Shown: positions 1 to 8,985 of the stretch, in pieces | How the letters are laid out: each line of letters begins with the position of its first letter | Numbering within the stretch: position 1 is the first letter of the stretch | Assembly (NCBI GenBank): GCA_963715335.1 | Contig: CAVQRZ010000001.1 | Location: forward strand, 96,001 to 160,000 | Source of the DNA: an uncultured delta proteobacterium | GTDB taxonomy: Bacteria; Desulfobacterota; Desulfuromonadia; Desulfuromonadales; BM103 | Length of the DNA stretch: 64,000 nt | Reading direction: 5' to 3' | Notes under the pieces: model-generated | Database searches by the model: none | Told to the model about the DNA's origin: nothing | What the model saw: only the letters and a program-made list of their open reading frames with translations | Program-made: the position numbers and the translations under genes

Positions 1-1556
1 GTCCCTTCGTAAATCACATCCTCGACCCATTTTTCATTGATCTCGGCCTCGCTCAGACTGACCCCGTGAAAAGCCAGCGTCGCCTCTCCCGGAACCCCCG
101 CATGACTGATCCTGGCTTTGATTGTTGCCTGCATGGGGTCAACGGCAACCATCCCGGTGCCGTCATCGACCAGGAAAGGGACGTGACTACTGTTTATGTC
201 GCTGGTCAGCTTCCATTGGTTGCGACTGTCTTTCCTGTACTTGCGGACCCGGTAATAAATACAGGGAGACTCACTCATCGGTGAAACCAGGGCATACTTG
301 CGAACACCCCGGCCATGCACTTCCACCAACCCCATGGCAATTGAACGAATCCGACTGGTAGGGGTGTTCTCGATTTTGCGTTTCAGGCGGAGACAATGGA
401 AGCCTGCCCAGAGCAACCCGGCTGAGGCGATGGCAGGGACGAGTCCGGCCTTCGTCGCGTAACGCCCCGCTGCGCGGAACACCTCCAGATTGCCCACTTC
501 AAGGAAGATGAGCGATGCGACAAACATGGCCGAACCGAGCACAGAAGCCAGCATACGCATCGAGAGTTTTTTTGCCGGGCGATCAGGCGGTGCAGGCAGC
601 CACTGTTCGTCAGAGGCCTCGTTTGCACCCTCCTCCGGCTGCGCTATGGCTGCCTTGATCTCTTTGACAACTTCACCCAGACCGGGAACCGCTTGCGCAT
701 TTTCCAAAGCGCTTGCGGCGGTCAGCGCCGGGGCGACATTATTTCCTGCCATTTCGGAGCGGTCCTGTTCGAGGTCGCACATCAACCAGCCGTATCGGGT
801 CATCCGTTGCAGGATCGTCTCCTGATCGAGGAGCTGCCCGTCAAGGCTTTTGACCTGACAGTCAGGGAGACGGCCGAGGCCAAAATCCGTATGCAGAGAG
901 AAACGACCCGCGTACTCTCCTGCCAGTTGAACCATCGCCTTGAGATTGCGCGTCGCGCTCAAAGTCATTCTGTCGCCCAAACCCTTGGCGTTAAAACCGG
1001 CCGGGAGCACCCGGACGACATCTCTGGGCTGCGCCTGGTCATCCAGGATATACAGGTCGAGGACAGGCTTTCCTTGCAGGACCGAGTCGAGCATTTTTTC
1101 GTCGGCCATGGCCGTGACATGCCTGGCAGCCTTGTATCGCATCTGTATCGTATGTCGTCTGAGGGCGCGCTCTTCGAGCTTTCCGGAGACATCGGCCAGC
1201 ACGGCGACAAGCGAGGCTCCACGCGATAAACGAACCGTCTTTTCAGGGCAGACCAATTCGACCACGTCTGTCTTGACAACCAGTTCACGCAACCTCAGGG
1301 GAGTCGAGATCTCCTCGGTCCGTTGAACGACCCAGCATGCATAGCCGTGGTTGCGCAGCAGTTCGGCAAGTTGCCCGGTTTTCTCGCGGCTGCCCGATCC
1401 GAACAGGGCCTTGCCGGAACCGGTCAATCGGGTTCTGGCCGTATAGGCGTCCAGTCCATAATCACTCATCAAAACGTGCAGGAGATTTTCCAGGCCGGGA
1501 TCGGATGCCGGCCTCTGGGAGGCAATCAGTTGGCAGGTTTTTGATTCTTCGGCCAT
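1..1556 (-). CDS. GIDE/BAM-domain membrane protein, 3'-truncated by window edge
   Basis: Manual translation from ATG 1556 (MAEESKTCQLIASQRP...) stays open to the window start, so it is absent from the ORF track. Two hydrophobic segments are followed by RKIENTPTSRIRSIAMGLVEVHG...SPMSESPCIYYRV...SHVPFLVDDGTGMVAVDP, typical of bacterial GIDE (MUL1/BAM-like) domains. Confidence 0.7.
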   Translation of the reverse strand, partial: MAEESKTCQLIASQRPASDPGLENLLHVLMSDYGLDAYTARTRLTGSGKALFGSGSREKTGQLAELLRNHGYACWVVQRTEEISTPLRLRELVVKTDVVELVCPEKTVRLSRGASLVAVLADVSGKLEERALRRHTIQMRYKAARHVTAMADEKMLDSVLQGKPVLDLYILDDQAQPRDVVRVLPAGFNAKGLGDRMTLSATRNLKAMVQLAGEYAGRFSLHTDFGLGRLPDCQVKSLDGQLLDQETILQRMTRYGWLMCDLEQDRSEMAGNNVAPALTAASALENAQAVPGLGEVVKEIKAAIAQPEEGANEASDEQWLPAPPDRPAKKLSMRMLASVLGSAMFVASLIFLEVGNLEVFRAAGRYATKAGLVPAIASAGLLWAGFHCLRLKRKIENTPTSRIRSIAMGLVEVHGRGVRKYALVSPMSESPCIYYRVRKYRKDSRNQWKLTSDINSSHVPFLVDDGTGMVAVDPMQATIKARISHAGVPGEATLAFHGVSLSEAEINEKWVEDVIYEG

Positions 1557-1606
1557 AGGAAAAGTGTCGGGGAAAGTCGTCGCCTCCGCTAGAGACAATC
1601 ATCAGC

Positions 1607-2698
1607 TTATGCTGTCGGGATTTTCACCTGTAGTCCAAGGCCCAACTTTTCACAGGCCTTTCGATGGGCGCCATGCACAGGCAAAGCGACCAATTCATCG
1701 TATCCGAACCAGGAGAAACCGCTGCCTTCTGCAACCAGGCCAGGCAGGTCGACAGCGACCAGATAAACGGCCAACTCCAGCTTGAAGTGACTGTAGGCAT
1801 GGCGAACATCGCAAAGTCTGCCGGCAACGCCTTGCCAACCCAGGTCCGTGAGCAAACGACACGCAACCTGGTCCGGGGACAGATTATCCGTGATGTCCGC
1901 TGAGGGCAGTTCCCAAAGCCCACCCAGGAAGCCCTCGGCAGGGCGCTGTCTAAGCATCAGGTTGTGTTCTCTTTCGATGAGCAGGGCAACCTGTCGACGA
2001 ACCGGGACCTGCGCTCTCTGGCGTGGCAAGGGCAACGCTGTCGCCAGGCCGGCAGCGCAGGCCAGACAGATTTTGCGCAAAGGGCAGATTCCACAATCAG
2101 GGTCGCGCGGCAGACAAACTGTCGCGCCCAAATCCATGATGGCCTGGGCGTAGTCGTGCGACCTGTGCCGAGGAGTCAAGGTTTCAGCCCAAGCCCATAG
2201 CTGCTTTTCCGCGCTCCTGCCGCGCGGGTCTTCCCTCCAGGCAAAGAGACGCACCAAGACCCGCCGGACGTTGCCATCGAGAATCGGGGTTGGTTGATCA
2301 AAGGCGATGGAAAGGATGGCACCGGCTGTGGAACGCCCGATGCCAGGTAACGCGCCCAGCCCCTCAAGAGAATTCGGCAAAGACCCTCCGGATTCCGCGA
2401 CAATCATGCCGGCTGCCTTGTGCAGGTTACGCGCCCGGGAATAATAACCCAGTCCGGCCCACTGGGCGATGACATCATCCAGGGGCGCTGCAGCAAGGCT
2501 CTCCACGGTCGGGAAATGTTGCAAAAAGCGCTTGTAGTAAGGGATGACGGCAGCAACCGTGGTCTGCTGCAGCATTATCTCGGAGACCCAGACCCGGTAA
2601 GGGTCGCGGGTTTGCCGCCACGGCAGGTCGCGCCCTGCTCTGCCGTACCAGGCGAGCAAGAGGTTTGAGAATTCATCGGGTTCAAAGGGCAGGTTCAT
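1607..2698 (-). CDS. mutY: A/G-specific adenine DNA glycosylase MutY
   Basis: RDLPWR, WVSEIMLQQT, GLGYYSRARNL, HhH LPGIGRSTA, DGNVRRV, FeS motif CLPRDPDCGICPLRKIC, C-terminal Nudix-like domain. Confidence 0.97.
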   Translation of the reverse strand: MNLPFEPDEFSNLLLAWYGRAGRDLPWRQTRDPYRVWVSEIMLQQTTVAAVIPYYKRFLQHFPTVESLAAAPLDDVIAQWAGLGYYSRARNLHKAAGMIVAESGGSLPNSLEGLGALPGIGRSTAGAILSIAFDQPTPILDGNVRRVLVRLFAWREDPRGRSAEKQLWAWAETLTPRHRSHDYAQAIMDLGATVCLPRDPDCGICPLRKICLACAAGLATALPLPRQRAQVPVRRQVALLIEREHNLMLRQRPAEGFLGGLWELPSADITDNLSPDQVACRLLTDLGWQGVAGRLCDVRHAYSHFKLELAVYLVAVDLPGLVAEGSGFSWFGYDELVALPVHGAHRKACEKLGLGLQVKIPTA

Positions 2699-2734
2699 TA
2701 CAGATTCGCACCTCGCACTTCGCGCCTCGATGTT

Positions 2735-3778
2735 TCATCCTATCTCCCGCAGCGCTGTCAAAGTCGTTTCCATCTCCTTACGGGTGCCGATGGAGATGCG
2801 CAAGCCATGCGCCAGGGCCGGGTCACTGAAGTAACGGACCAGGATCTTGCGCTGGTAGAGTGCGTCATAAACCCGCTGGCCATGTCGATCAGGGGGACTG
2901 GCGAACAGGTAGTTCGCGCTGGAGGGGAGCACGGCATAGCCAAGCCTGGTCAGCTCATCCTTGAACCAGTCACGGGTGGCGCAAATACGTGCGACACACG
3001 CCCTGAAATACTCCTGGTCCCTGAGTGCGGCAACCACTGCCACCTGGGCCAGACGGTCAAGATTATAGTGGTCGCGGATCTTGTCAAGCGCGGCGATAAC
3101 CTCCGGCCTGGCGATCGCCAGGCCGAGCCGCATCCCCGCGAGGGAATAACTCTTGGAGAGAGTCCTGACCACCACGACATTTGGCTTTTTTTTCACCAGG
3201 GCGAGGCAGTTGCTCGCTGAAAAATCTGCATAAGCTTCATCGACCACCAGCAAGCCGTCGCAACGATCAGCCAGGGCAGCCACTTCAGCAGGAGACCAGC
3301 TCAGGCCAAGGGGTGCGTTCGGACTGGTGAGAAAGAACAGCCGACCAGGATATCGCGCAGGGAACCCGATGATCTCTTTCTCTTCGGTCAGTTGAAAGGT
3401 TTTGACTACCGTATCCTGCACCCGGGCCAAAGTCGCATAGTAGGAGTAGGACGGGTGCAGGTAGGCAACCTCCTCGCCCTCGCCAACAGAAGCCCTGATC
3501 AGGTTGTTGAGGAGCTCATCGGAACCGTTGGCCATGATCACCCAGTCAACCGGGTAGCCATAAAGGTCCGCGGCGGCCTGGCGCCCATCCCGGCAGGCCG
3601 CGTCCGGATATTTACGCAGGTCATCGCCGGTCGCCTGCCGGATCGCCTCAATCACCTTCGGTGACGGCGGGTACGGGTTCTCGTTGGTGTTGAGTTTGAT
3701 CCATTCCGCCTCGTCCGGAGGCTGGTAGCCGGGGACGTAACCGGCCATATCGGCGATGTTTTTACGAATGTAAGACAT
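2735..3778 (-). CDS. hisC: Histidinol-phosphate aminotransferase
   Basis: [38 protein letters not shown] (PLP lysine). Start taken at MSYIRK. Confidence 0.93.
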   Translation of the reverse strand: MSYIRKNIADMAGYVPGYQPPDEAEWIKLNTNENPYPPSPKVIEAIRQATGDDLRKYPDAACRDGRQAAADLYGYPVDWVIMANGSDELLNNLIRASVGEGEEVAYLHPSYSYYATLARVQDTVVKTFQLTEEKEIIGFPARYPGRLFFLTSPNAPLGLSWSPAEVAALADRCDGLLVVDEAYADFSASNCLALVKKKPNVVVVRTLSKSYSLAGMRLGLAIARPEVIAALDKIRDHYNLDRLAQVAVVAALRDQEYFRACVARICATRDWFKDELTRLGYAVLPSSANYLFASPPDRHGQRVYDALYQRKILVRYFSDPALAHGLRISIGTRKEMETTLTALREIG

Positions 3779-3886
3779 TTGGGAGACCTTAATTATTGGG
3801 AATCCAGAATTCAGCATCCAGTATTCAGAATATACAATAGACCTCTAAAGTGAAAGCCTCCTGTATACTGGATACTGGATACCAGC

Positions 3887-4954
3887 TTAATATTCCTCGA
3901 GTATTTTATACGTTGTCGTCCGTCGCACCGGTTGGAACCCGGCCGCCCTGGCAAGCTCAATGATCTCATCCTGAGACATGCGGAAGTCGACCCCGGCGGC
4001 GGCGACAACATTCTCTTCCAGCATCGTCCCTCCCAGGTCGTTGGCGCCAAAATACAGGGCGATCTGCGCCATGCGCGCCCCCTGGGTGACCCAGCTGGCC
4101 TGGATATTTGGCACATTGCCGAGAATCACCCTCGAGAGCGCAAGCACTTTCAGATATTCGACACCGCTCGCCTGCTCGCCACCCAACGCGGTGTTGCCGG
4201 GTTGATAACTCCAGGGGATAAACGCTGTGAAGCCCCCTTTTTCGTCTTGCAGATCACGCACGCGGAAGAGATGCTCGACGATGTCTCCGGGCTTCTCCCC
4301 GGCACCGAACATCATGGTTGCAGTGGTCGGCATGCCCAGGTGATGAGCCTCACGCATGACCTCGGCCCACTCCTGCCAGCCGATCTTGTTCGGCGAGATC
4401 TTCTGGCGCACTTCATCCACCAGGATCTCCGCACCCCCACCGGGGAGCGACTGCAGCCCGGCCAGATGCAGACGGCCCAGACATTCCACCATCGAGACGT
4501 TCGAAAGTTTGGCAATGTGCACAATCTCGGCAGGGGACAGAGAGTGAATCTGTACTGTCGGGAAACGGCGCCTCAACTGGCGAAAAAGGTCCTCGAACCA
4601 GTCGATCTGCAAATCCGGGTGGAGGCCGCCCTGCATCAGCAGTTGCGTCCCACCGTGCTCAACCAGCTCCTGGACCTTGATGAAAATCTCCGGGTAGCCA
4701 AGGACATACGCCTCAGGATGAGCCTCATCACGGTAAAATGCGCAGAACCGGCACTGCGTGGTGCAGACGTTGGTGTAGTTGACGTTGCGGTCGACAACGA
4801 ACGAGACCTGCCGGCCTGGATGCATCCGACGCCGCTGATTGTCGGCCAGTCTCCCCAGTCCGAGCAGTTCGGCTTCGGTCAACAGCCAGAGCGCTTCAGT
4901 CCTGTCGAGAGGCGTTGCCGATTCCAGTTTTTGCGTAATCGTGTTCAGCATCAT
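3887..4954 (-). CDS. mqnC: Cyclic dehypoxanthinyl futalosine synthase (radical SAM)
   Basis: VDRNVNYTNVCTTQCRFCAF, LLMQGGLHP, PGGGAEIL, NIQASWVTQG, GGTMLEENV; sits among menaquinone genes. Confidence 0.92.
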   Translation of the reverse strand: MMLNTITQKLESATPLDRTEALWLLTEAELLGLGRLADNQRRRMHPGRQVSFVVDRNVNYTNVCTTQCRFCAFYRDEAHPEAYVLGYPEIFIKVQELVEHGGTQLLMQGGLHPDLQIDWFEDLFRQLRRRFPTVQIHSLSPAEIVHIAKLSNVSMVECLGRLHLAGLQSLPGGGAEILVDEVRQKISPNKIGWQEWAEVMREAHHLGMPTTATMMFGAGEKPGDIVEHLFRVRDLQDEKGGFTAFIPWSYQPGNTALGGEQASGVEYLKVLALSRVILGNVPNIQASWVTQGARMAQIALYFGANDLGGTMLEENVVAAAGVDFRMSQDEIIELARAAGFQPVRRTTTYKILEEY

Positions 4955-5039
4955 CGAGCCAGAATCGGAGATGAGAGGAAAAAGGTCAGGGGAAAGAAAA
5001 TTTCTCCCCTTCTTGCCACTTTCCTCTTACCCCTTTCTT

Positions 5040-6131
5040 TTAAAATGTTCTGATTTCGTTATACAACGTATCTCGTTCCACCGGCTGTTTCCCGGCTTTA
5101 CGAATCAGTTCAACCAGCTGGTCCCTGCTCACCTGCTGGGGCGAATCGGCACCGGCATCGTGGCCAATCTGTTCTTCGACGACAGTGCCGTCGAGATCGT
5201 TGACGCCAAAGGCAAGAGCAACCTGGGCGACTTTCAGCCCCAGCATGACCCAGTAGGCCTTGATGTGCCGGAAATTATCGAGATAGATCCTGCTGATCGC
5301 CAAAGTCTTAAGCGCGTCCACTCCACCAACACCCCCGGCACCAGGCACCCGGGTGTTATCCGGTTGAAACGCCAGAGGGATGAACGCCTGGAAGCCGCCG
5401 GTCCGATCTTGCAGCTCGCGCAGCCGTGCCAGATGGTCGACCCGGTCGGCGAAATTTTCAACATGGCCGAACAGCATGGTGGCATTGGTTTTCAACCCGC
5501 CGTTGTGCACCTGTTCCGTAACCTCGAGCCAACGCTCACCACTGATTTTTTCCGGGCAGATCTGCTTACGCACTGCCGGGGCAAAGATTTCCGCTCCGCC
5601 CCCGGGCATGGAGTCGAGGCCGGCTCTCTTCAGTTCGGCAACGACCTCGGCCGGCGACTGTTGCGTCAGCCGGGCGAAATAGTCAACCTCGACTGCCGTG
5701 AAGGCCTTTATGTGCAGTTGCGGATGGTCCGCCTTCATCGCGGCCAGGACTTCCAGGTAGAAGTCAAAGGGCAGGTCGGGGTGCAACCCCCCGACCATAT
5801 GGATTTCTGTCGCTCCTGCTTCGCTGGCATCGGCGGCACGTGCGAGAATGTCGTTTAAAGCCAGCGTGTAACTACCGTCATCGTGCTCGTTTTCACGGCT
5901 GAACGCGCAGAAAATACATCGATTGACACAGATATTGGTGTAATTGATGTGACGATTGACGTTGAAATAAACCTTGTCGCCGTTAATTTGCCGGTTGGCC
6001 AGGGCCGCCAGTTCGCCGACCGCAAGCAGATCGTCAGACTCGAAAAGCGCCATGGCCTCGTCATCGCAGACGCGGGCCCCGCTTTCGATCTTGGTCCGGA
6101 TATTCTGGAACAAAGTCATCTTTTTATTCAT
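5040..6131 (-). CDS. mqnE: Aminofutalosine synthase (radical SAM)
   Basis: NRHINYTNICVNRCIFCAF, HIKAFTAVE, MPGGGAEIF, HIKAYWVM, DLDGTVVEE..H.AGA. Start is 6131 or 6119. Confidence 0.92.
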   Translation of the reverse strand: MNKKMTLFQNIRTKIESGARVCDDEAMALFESDDLLAVGELAALANRQINGDKVYFNVNRHINYTNICVNRCIFCAFSRENEHDDGSYTLALNDILARAADASEAGATEIHMVGGLHPDLPFDFYLEVLAAMKADHPQLHIKAFTAVEVDYFARLTQQSPAEVVAELKRAGLDSMPGGGAEIFAPAVRKQICPEKISGERWLEVTEQVHNGGLKTNATMLFGHVENFADRVDHLARLRELQDRTGGFQAFIPLAFQPDNTRVPGAGGVGGVDALKTLAISRIYLDNFRHIKAYWVMLGLKVAQVALAFGVNDLDGTVVEEQIGHDAGADSPQQVSRDQLVELIRKAGKQPVERDTLYNEIRTF

Positions 6132-6183
6132 CTGTTGATCTGTTGAAAAAGGCCATGGCAGGCGTGCGGAAGGACCTCTGCCG

Positions 6184-6807
6184 TTACCCCTTTTCCTCCC
6201 CCCACCGGGCAAAAAGGTCATGATCAATGCCGAGCTGATCGAGAACTTTGCCGACCACAAAATCAACCAGGTCAGAGATCTTGTCCGGGCCATGGTAGAA
6301 GCCCGGCATGGCTGGCAGGATCACGGCACCTGCCCGCGAGAGACGCAACAGGTTTTCGAGATGAATCGTATTGAATGGCGTTTCTCTCGGCACCAGGATC
6401 AACGGGCGGCGCTCTTTGAGCATCACGTCAGCGGCCCGTTCCAGCAGGTTTCCGCTCAAGCCCGCGGCAATCCTGCCGGCGGTGCCCATCGAACAGGGCA
6501 TGACGATCATGGCATCGGCGGGGTTCGAACCGCTGGCAGAACCCGCCCAGAAATCATCTATATCCAGGCAATCGACAGCGATACTGGCAAAATATTCCTG
6601 CACCCGGTGGCGCTGATTTTTGTTCTCTGTCGGCCAGTCAAGTCCGATCTCATGATTCAGTACCTGGCGGCCTGCCGCAGTCATAATCAGGCTGACCCGG
6701 CATCCCGCCCGCAATAATTCGCTGACCAGGCCCAGACCGTAGACCGAACCTGAGGCGCCGGTGATGGCGACCACAAAATGCCGTATATCGTGATTGTCCG
6801 TCGACAT
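6184..6807 (-). CDS. ubiX: Flavin prenyltransferase UbiX
   Basis: VAITGASGS, ASGS, PCSMGT, RAADVMLKERRPLILVPRETP, PAMPGFY. Confidence 0.95.
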   Translation of the reverse strand: MSTDNHDIRHFVVAITGASGSVYGLGLVSELLRAGCRVSLIMTAAGRQVLNHEIGLDWPTENKNQRHRVQEYFASIAVDCLDIDDFWAGSASGSNPADAMIVMPCSMGTAGRIAAGLSGNLLERAADVMLKERRPLILVPRETPFNTIHLENLLRLSRAGAVILPAMPGFYHGPDKISDLVDFVVGKVLDQLGIDHDLFARWGEEKG

Positions 6808-6819
6808 GATTATCCCGTT

Positions 6820-7704
6820 CTAGACAAGTGCATCGACAAGGGTAAAAAGAAAGATTGTCACGCTGATGTAACCGTTCATGTTAAAAAAGGCCGCATCCAG
6901 GCGCGACAGATCATCAGGTCGCACCAGCAGATGTTCGTAGACCAGTAATCCGGCCACCACCATGACCCCGACAAGATAAATAACTCCCAGCCCCTTGCTG
7001 AACACCAGCAGCACCAGCAGGACCACCATCACCACGTGGAATATGCGCACAACCAGGAACGAGCGTTCGATGCCAAAGCGTGCAGGGATCGAAAAGAGCC
7101 CCTTGTCCCGATCATATTGGTAATCCTGCAGCGCATAGAAGATATCAAAACCGGCGACCCAGAAAAGCACCGCAAAACCAAGGACCATGACCGGCCAACC
7201 GACGTCACCGCGCAACGCGATCCACGCGCCAACCGGCGCAGCAGCAAGGCAAATCCCCAGGATTAGGTGGGCCATGGCGGTAAACCGCTTACAGAAGCTG
7301 TAGAGGGCCAGGAAGAAGATCGCCACCGGGGCCAGCTTCAGGCACAGCGGGTTGAGCATCCACGCGGCAAACAACAACAGCGCAAAAGCGCCAAGCACCA
7401 ACAGCCATGCTTCATGTAAACGGACTTTGCCTGCCGGGAGATGCCGTTCGGCAGTTCGAGGGTTCTCCGCATCGATGCGCGCATCAATAATGCGGTTCAA
7501 CCCCATGGCCCCGGTCCGGGCCCCGACCATGGCAAGGCAGACCCAGAAGACCTGGCCAAGCGCGGGAACACTGCCGCTTGCCAGTGAGGCGAGCACCACG
7601 CCCATCAGGGCAAAGGGGAAAGCGAAAACCGTGTGGGAGAACTTGATCATCTCCAGCAAGGTCATCAGCTTGGTTAAAAAATTATTTGTGATTGTCGTAT
7701 CCAT
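6820..7704 (-). CDS. ubiA: UbiA-family polyprenyltransferase (MqnP-like)
   Basis: IKFSHTVFAFPFA, NRIIDARIDAENPRT, FDIFYALQD; polytopic membrane protein. Confidence 0.92.
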   Translation of the reverse strand: MDTTITNNFLTKLMTLLEMIKFSHTVFAFPFALMGVVLASLASGSVPALGQVFWVCLAMVGARTGAMGLNRIIDARIDAENPRTAERHLPAGKVRLHEAWLLVLGAFALLLFAAWMLNPLCLKLAPVAIFFLALYSFCKRFTAMAHLILGICLAAAPVGAWIALRGDVGWPVMVLGFAVLFWVAGFDIFYALQDYQYDRDKGLFSIPARFGIERSFLVVRIFHVVMVVLLVLLVFSKGLGVIYLVGVMVVAGLLVYEHLLVRPDDLSRLDAAFFNMNGYISVTIFLFTLVDALV

Positions 7705-7867
7705 AGTGAATTAGTCAGACAGTTTACAACGCCCCTATCTCAGGTTCAAGCAAACCCGACAGAGAGGGGAAAAAGATTGCGTGCCTTGTGCAATCAAAAA
7801 GACCGGCAACGGACTCTTGTCTAAACCATTGAAAAACAATTGAACGCTTAACCACGGAGCGGCAATA

Positions 7868-8680
7868 TTAAAGATCAAATTCGGCCCAGACCGGGGCGTG
7901 GTCAGAAGGTTTCTGCATGGCCCGGATCTCGTAATCAATGCCTGCTGAGAGACACTGATCGACGAGGGGCGCACTGGCCAGGATCAGGTCAATTCGCAAC
8001 CCGCGCGGCGGGTCAGCCTCGAAACCGCGACTGCGATAATCGAACCAGCTGAAGCGGTCTTCCACTTCCGGATGGCAATGGCGAAAAGTATCCGTCAAGC
8101 CCCACTTGCAGAGACGTTGCAACCACGCCCGCTCTTGCGGCAGGAAACTGCATTTTCCGGTGCGCAGCCACCGCAGGGCGTTCTCCTCGCCAATGCCGAT
8201 ATCCCGATTTTCCGGGGCAACGTTCATGTCACCGACCACCAGCAACCGCTCGTCGGGATTTCGCCGTGTGGTCAGGTCGTTGAACAGGTCAGCATAAAAG
8301 CGAGCCTTGTTCGGAAATTTAATAGGATGATCTTGACTTTCACCTTGCGGAAAATAGCCATTGACGACCCGCAAGCTCCCCTTCCGCAACGGATAACTCG
8401 CGGCGATCAAACGCCTCTGTGCCCCATCACCATCACCGGCAAACCCGTACTGTGCGTCAGACGGAGTACTGCGACTCAGCAGAGCCACACCGTAATGGGT
8501 CTTCTGCCCGAACCAGAGGGCTCTGTAGCCAAGTGCTTCGATATCCGCCTGCGGAAAGTCCTGGTCCTGGACCTTGGTTTCCTGGAGGGCAATGATTTCT
8601 GGCTGGTGCTTTTCTACGACAGCGCCCAGCTGGTGTAGACGGCTGCGAATACTGTTCACATTAAAAGAGACAATTTTCAT
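7868..8680 (-). CDS. xthA: Exodeoxyribonuclease III
   Basis: [44 protein letters not shown]. Confidence 0.97.
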   Translation of the reverse strand: MKIVSFNVNSIRSRLHQLGAVVEKHQPEIIALQETKVQDQDFPQADIEALGYRALWFGQKTHYGVALLSRSTPSDAQYGFAGDGDGAQRRLIAASYPLRKGSLRVVNGYFPQGESQDHPIKFPNKARFYADLFNDLTTRRNPDERLLVVGDMNVAPENRDIGIGEENALRWLRTGKCSFLPQERAWLQRLCKWGLTDTFRHCHPEVEDRFSWFDYRSRGFEADPPRGLRIDLILASAPLVDQCLSAGIDYEIRAMQKPSDHAPVWAEFDL

Positions 8681-8921
8681 TTGATTCCCTTTTCGACATT
8701 TTTTAGTCAGATGCGTCGTTGCATAGCTCAGGGAAGAATTCCATCTGCATTGACCGGTTCTGCCGAAGAGGGCGGCAAATGCCCGAAGAGGACCAACCTG
8801 GTTTTTGCTTTACACAACCCGCCCGTTTTTCATGAAGGAACATGATATAGCCCAGGCCGTTCGAGCCTTCGACTTCTCCCATGCGTGCAAAATTAATCAT
8901 ACCTGTACGGCACAAACAAAG

Positions 8922-8951
8922 AAAGCCCCGGTCATAAATGGCCGGGGCTTT
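8922..8951 (-). terminator. Intrinsic terminator-like hairpin (second copy of the hairpin downstream of nuoN)
   Basis: AAAGCCCCGGTCATAAATGGCCGGGGCTTT. On the minus strand it is followed by TTTCTTTGTTTG. 29/30 identical to 9532-9561. Confidence 0.7.
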
Positions 8952-8985
8952 CAGACTGCTGACAAAGTTCAGTTTTGATGTTTAG

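Noticed and set aside
8703..8915. 70-aa ORF upstream of xthA
   Set aside because: No RBS or recognisable motif; lies in the probable promoter/leader region.
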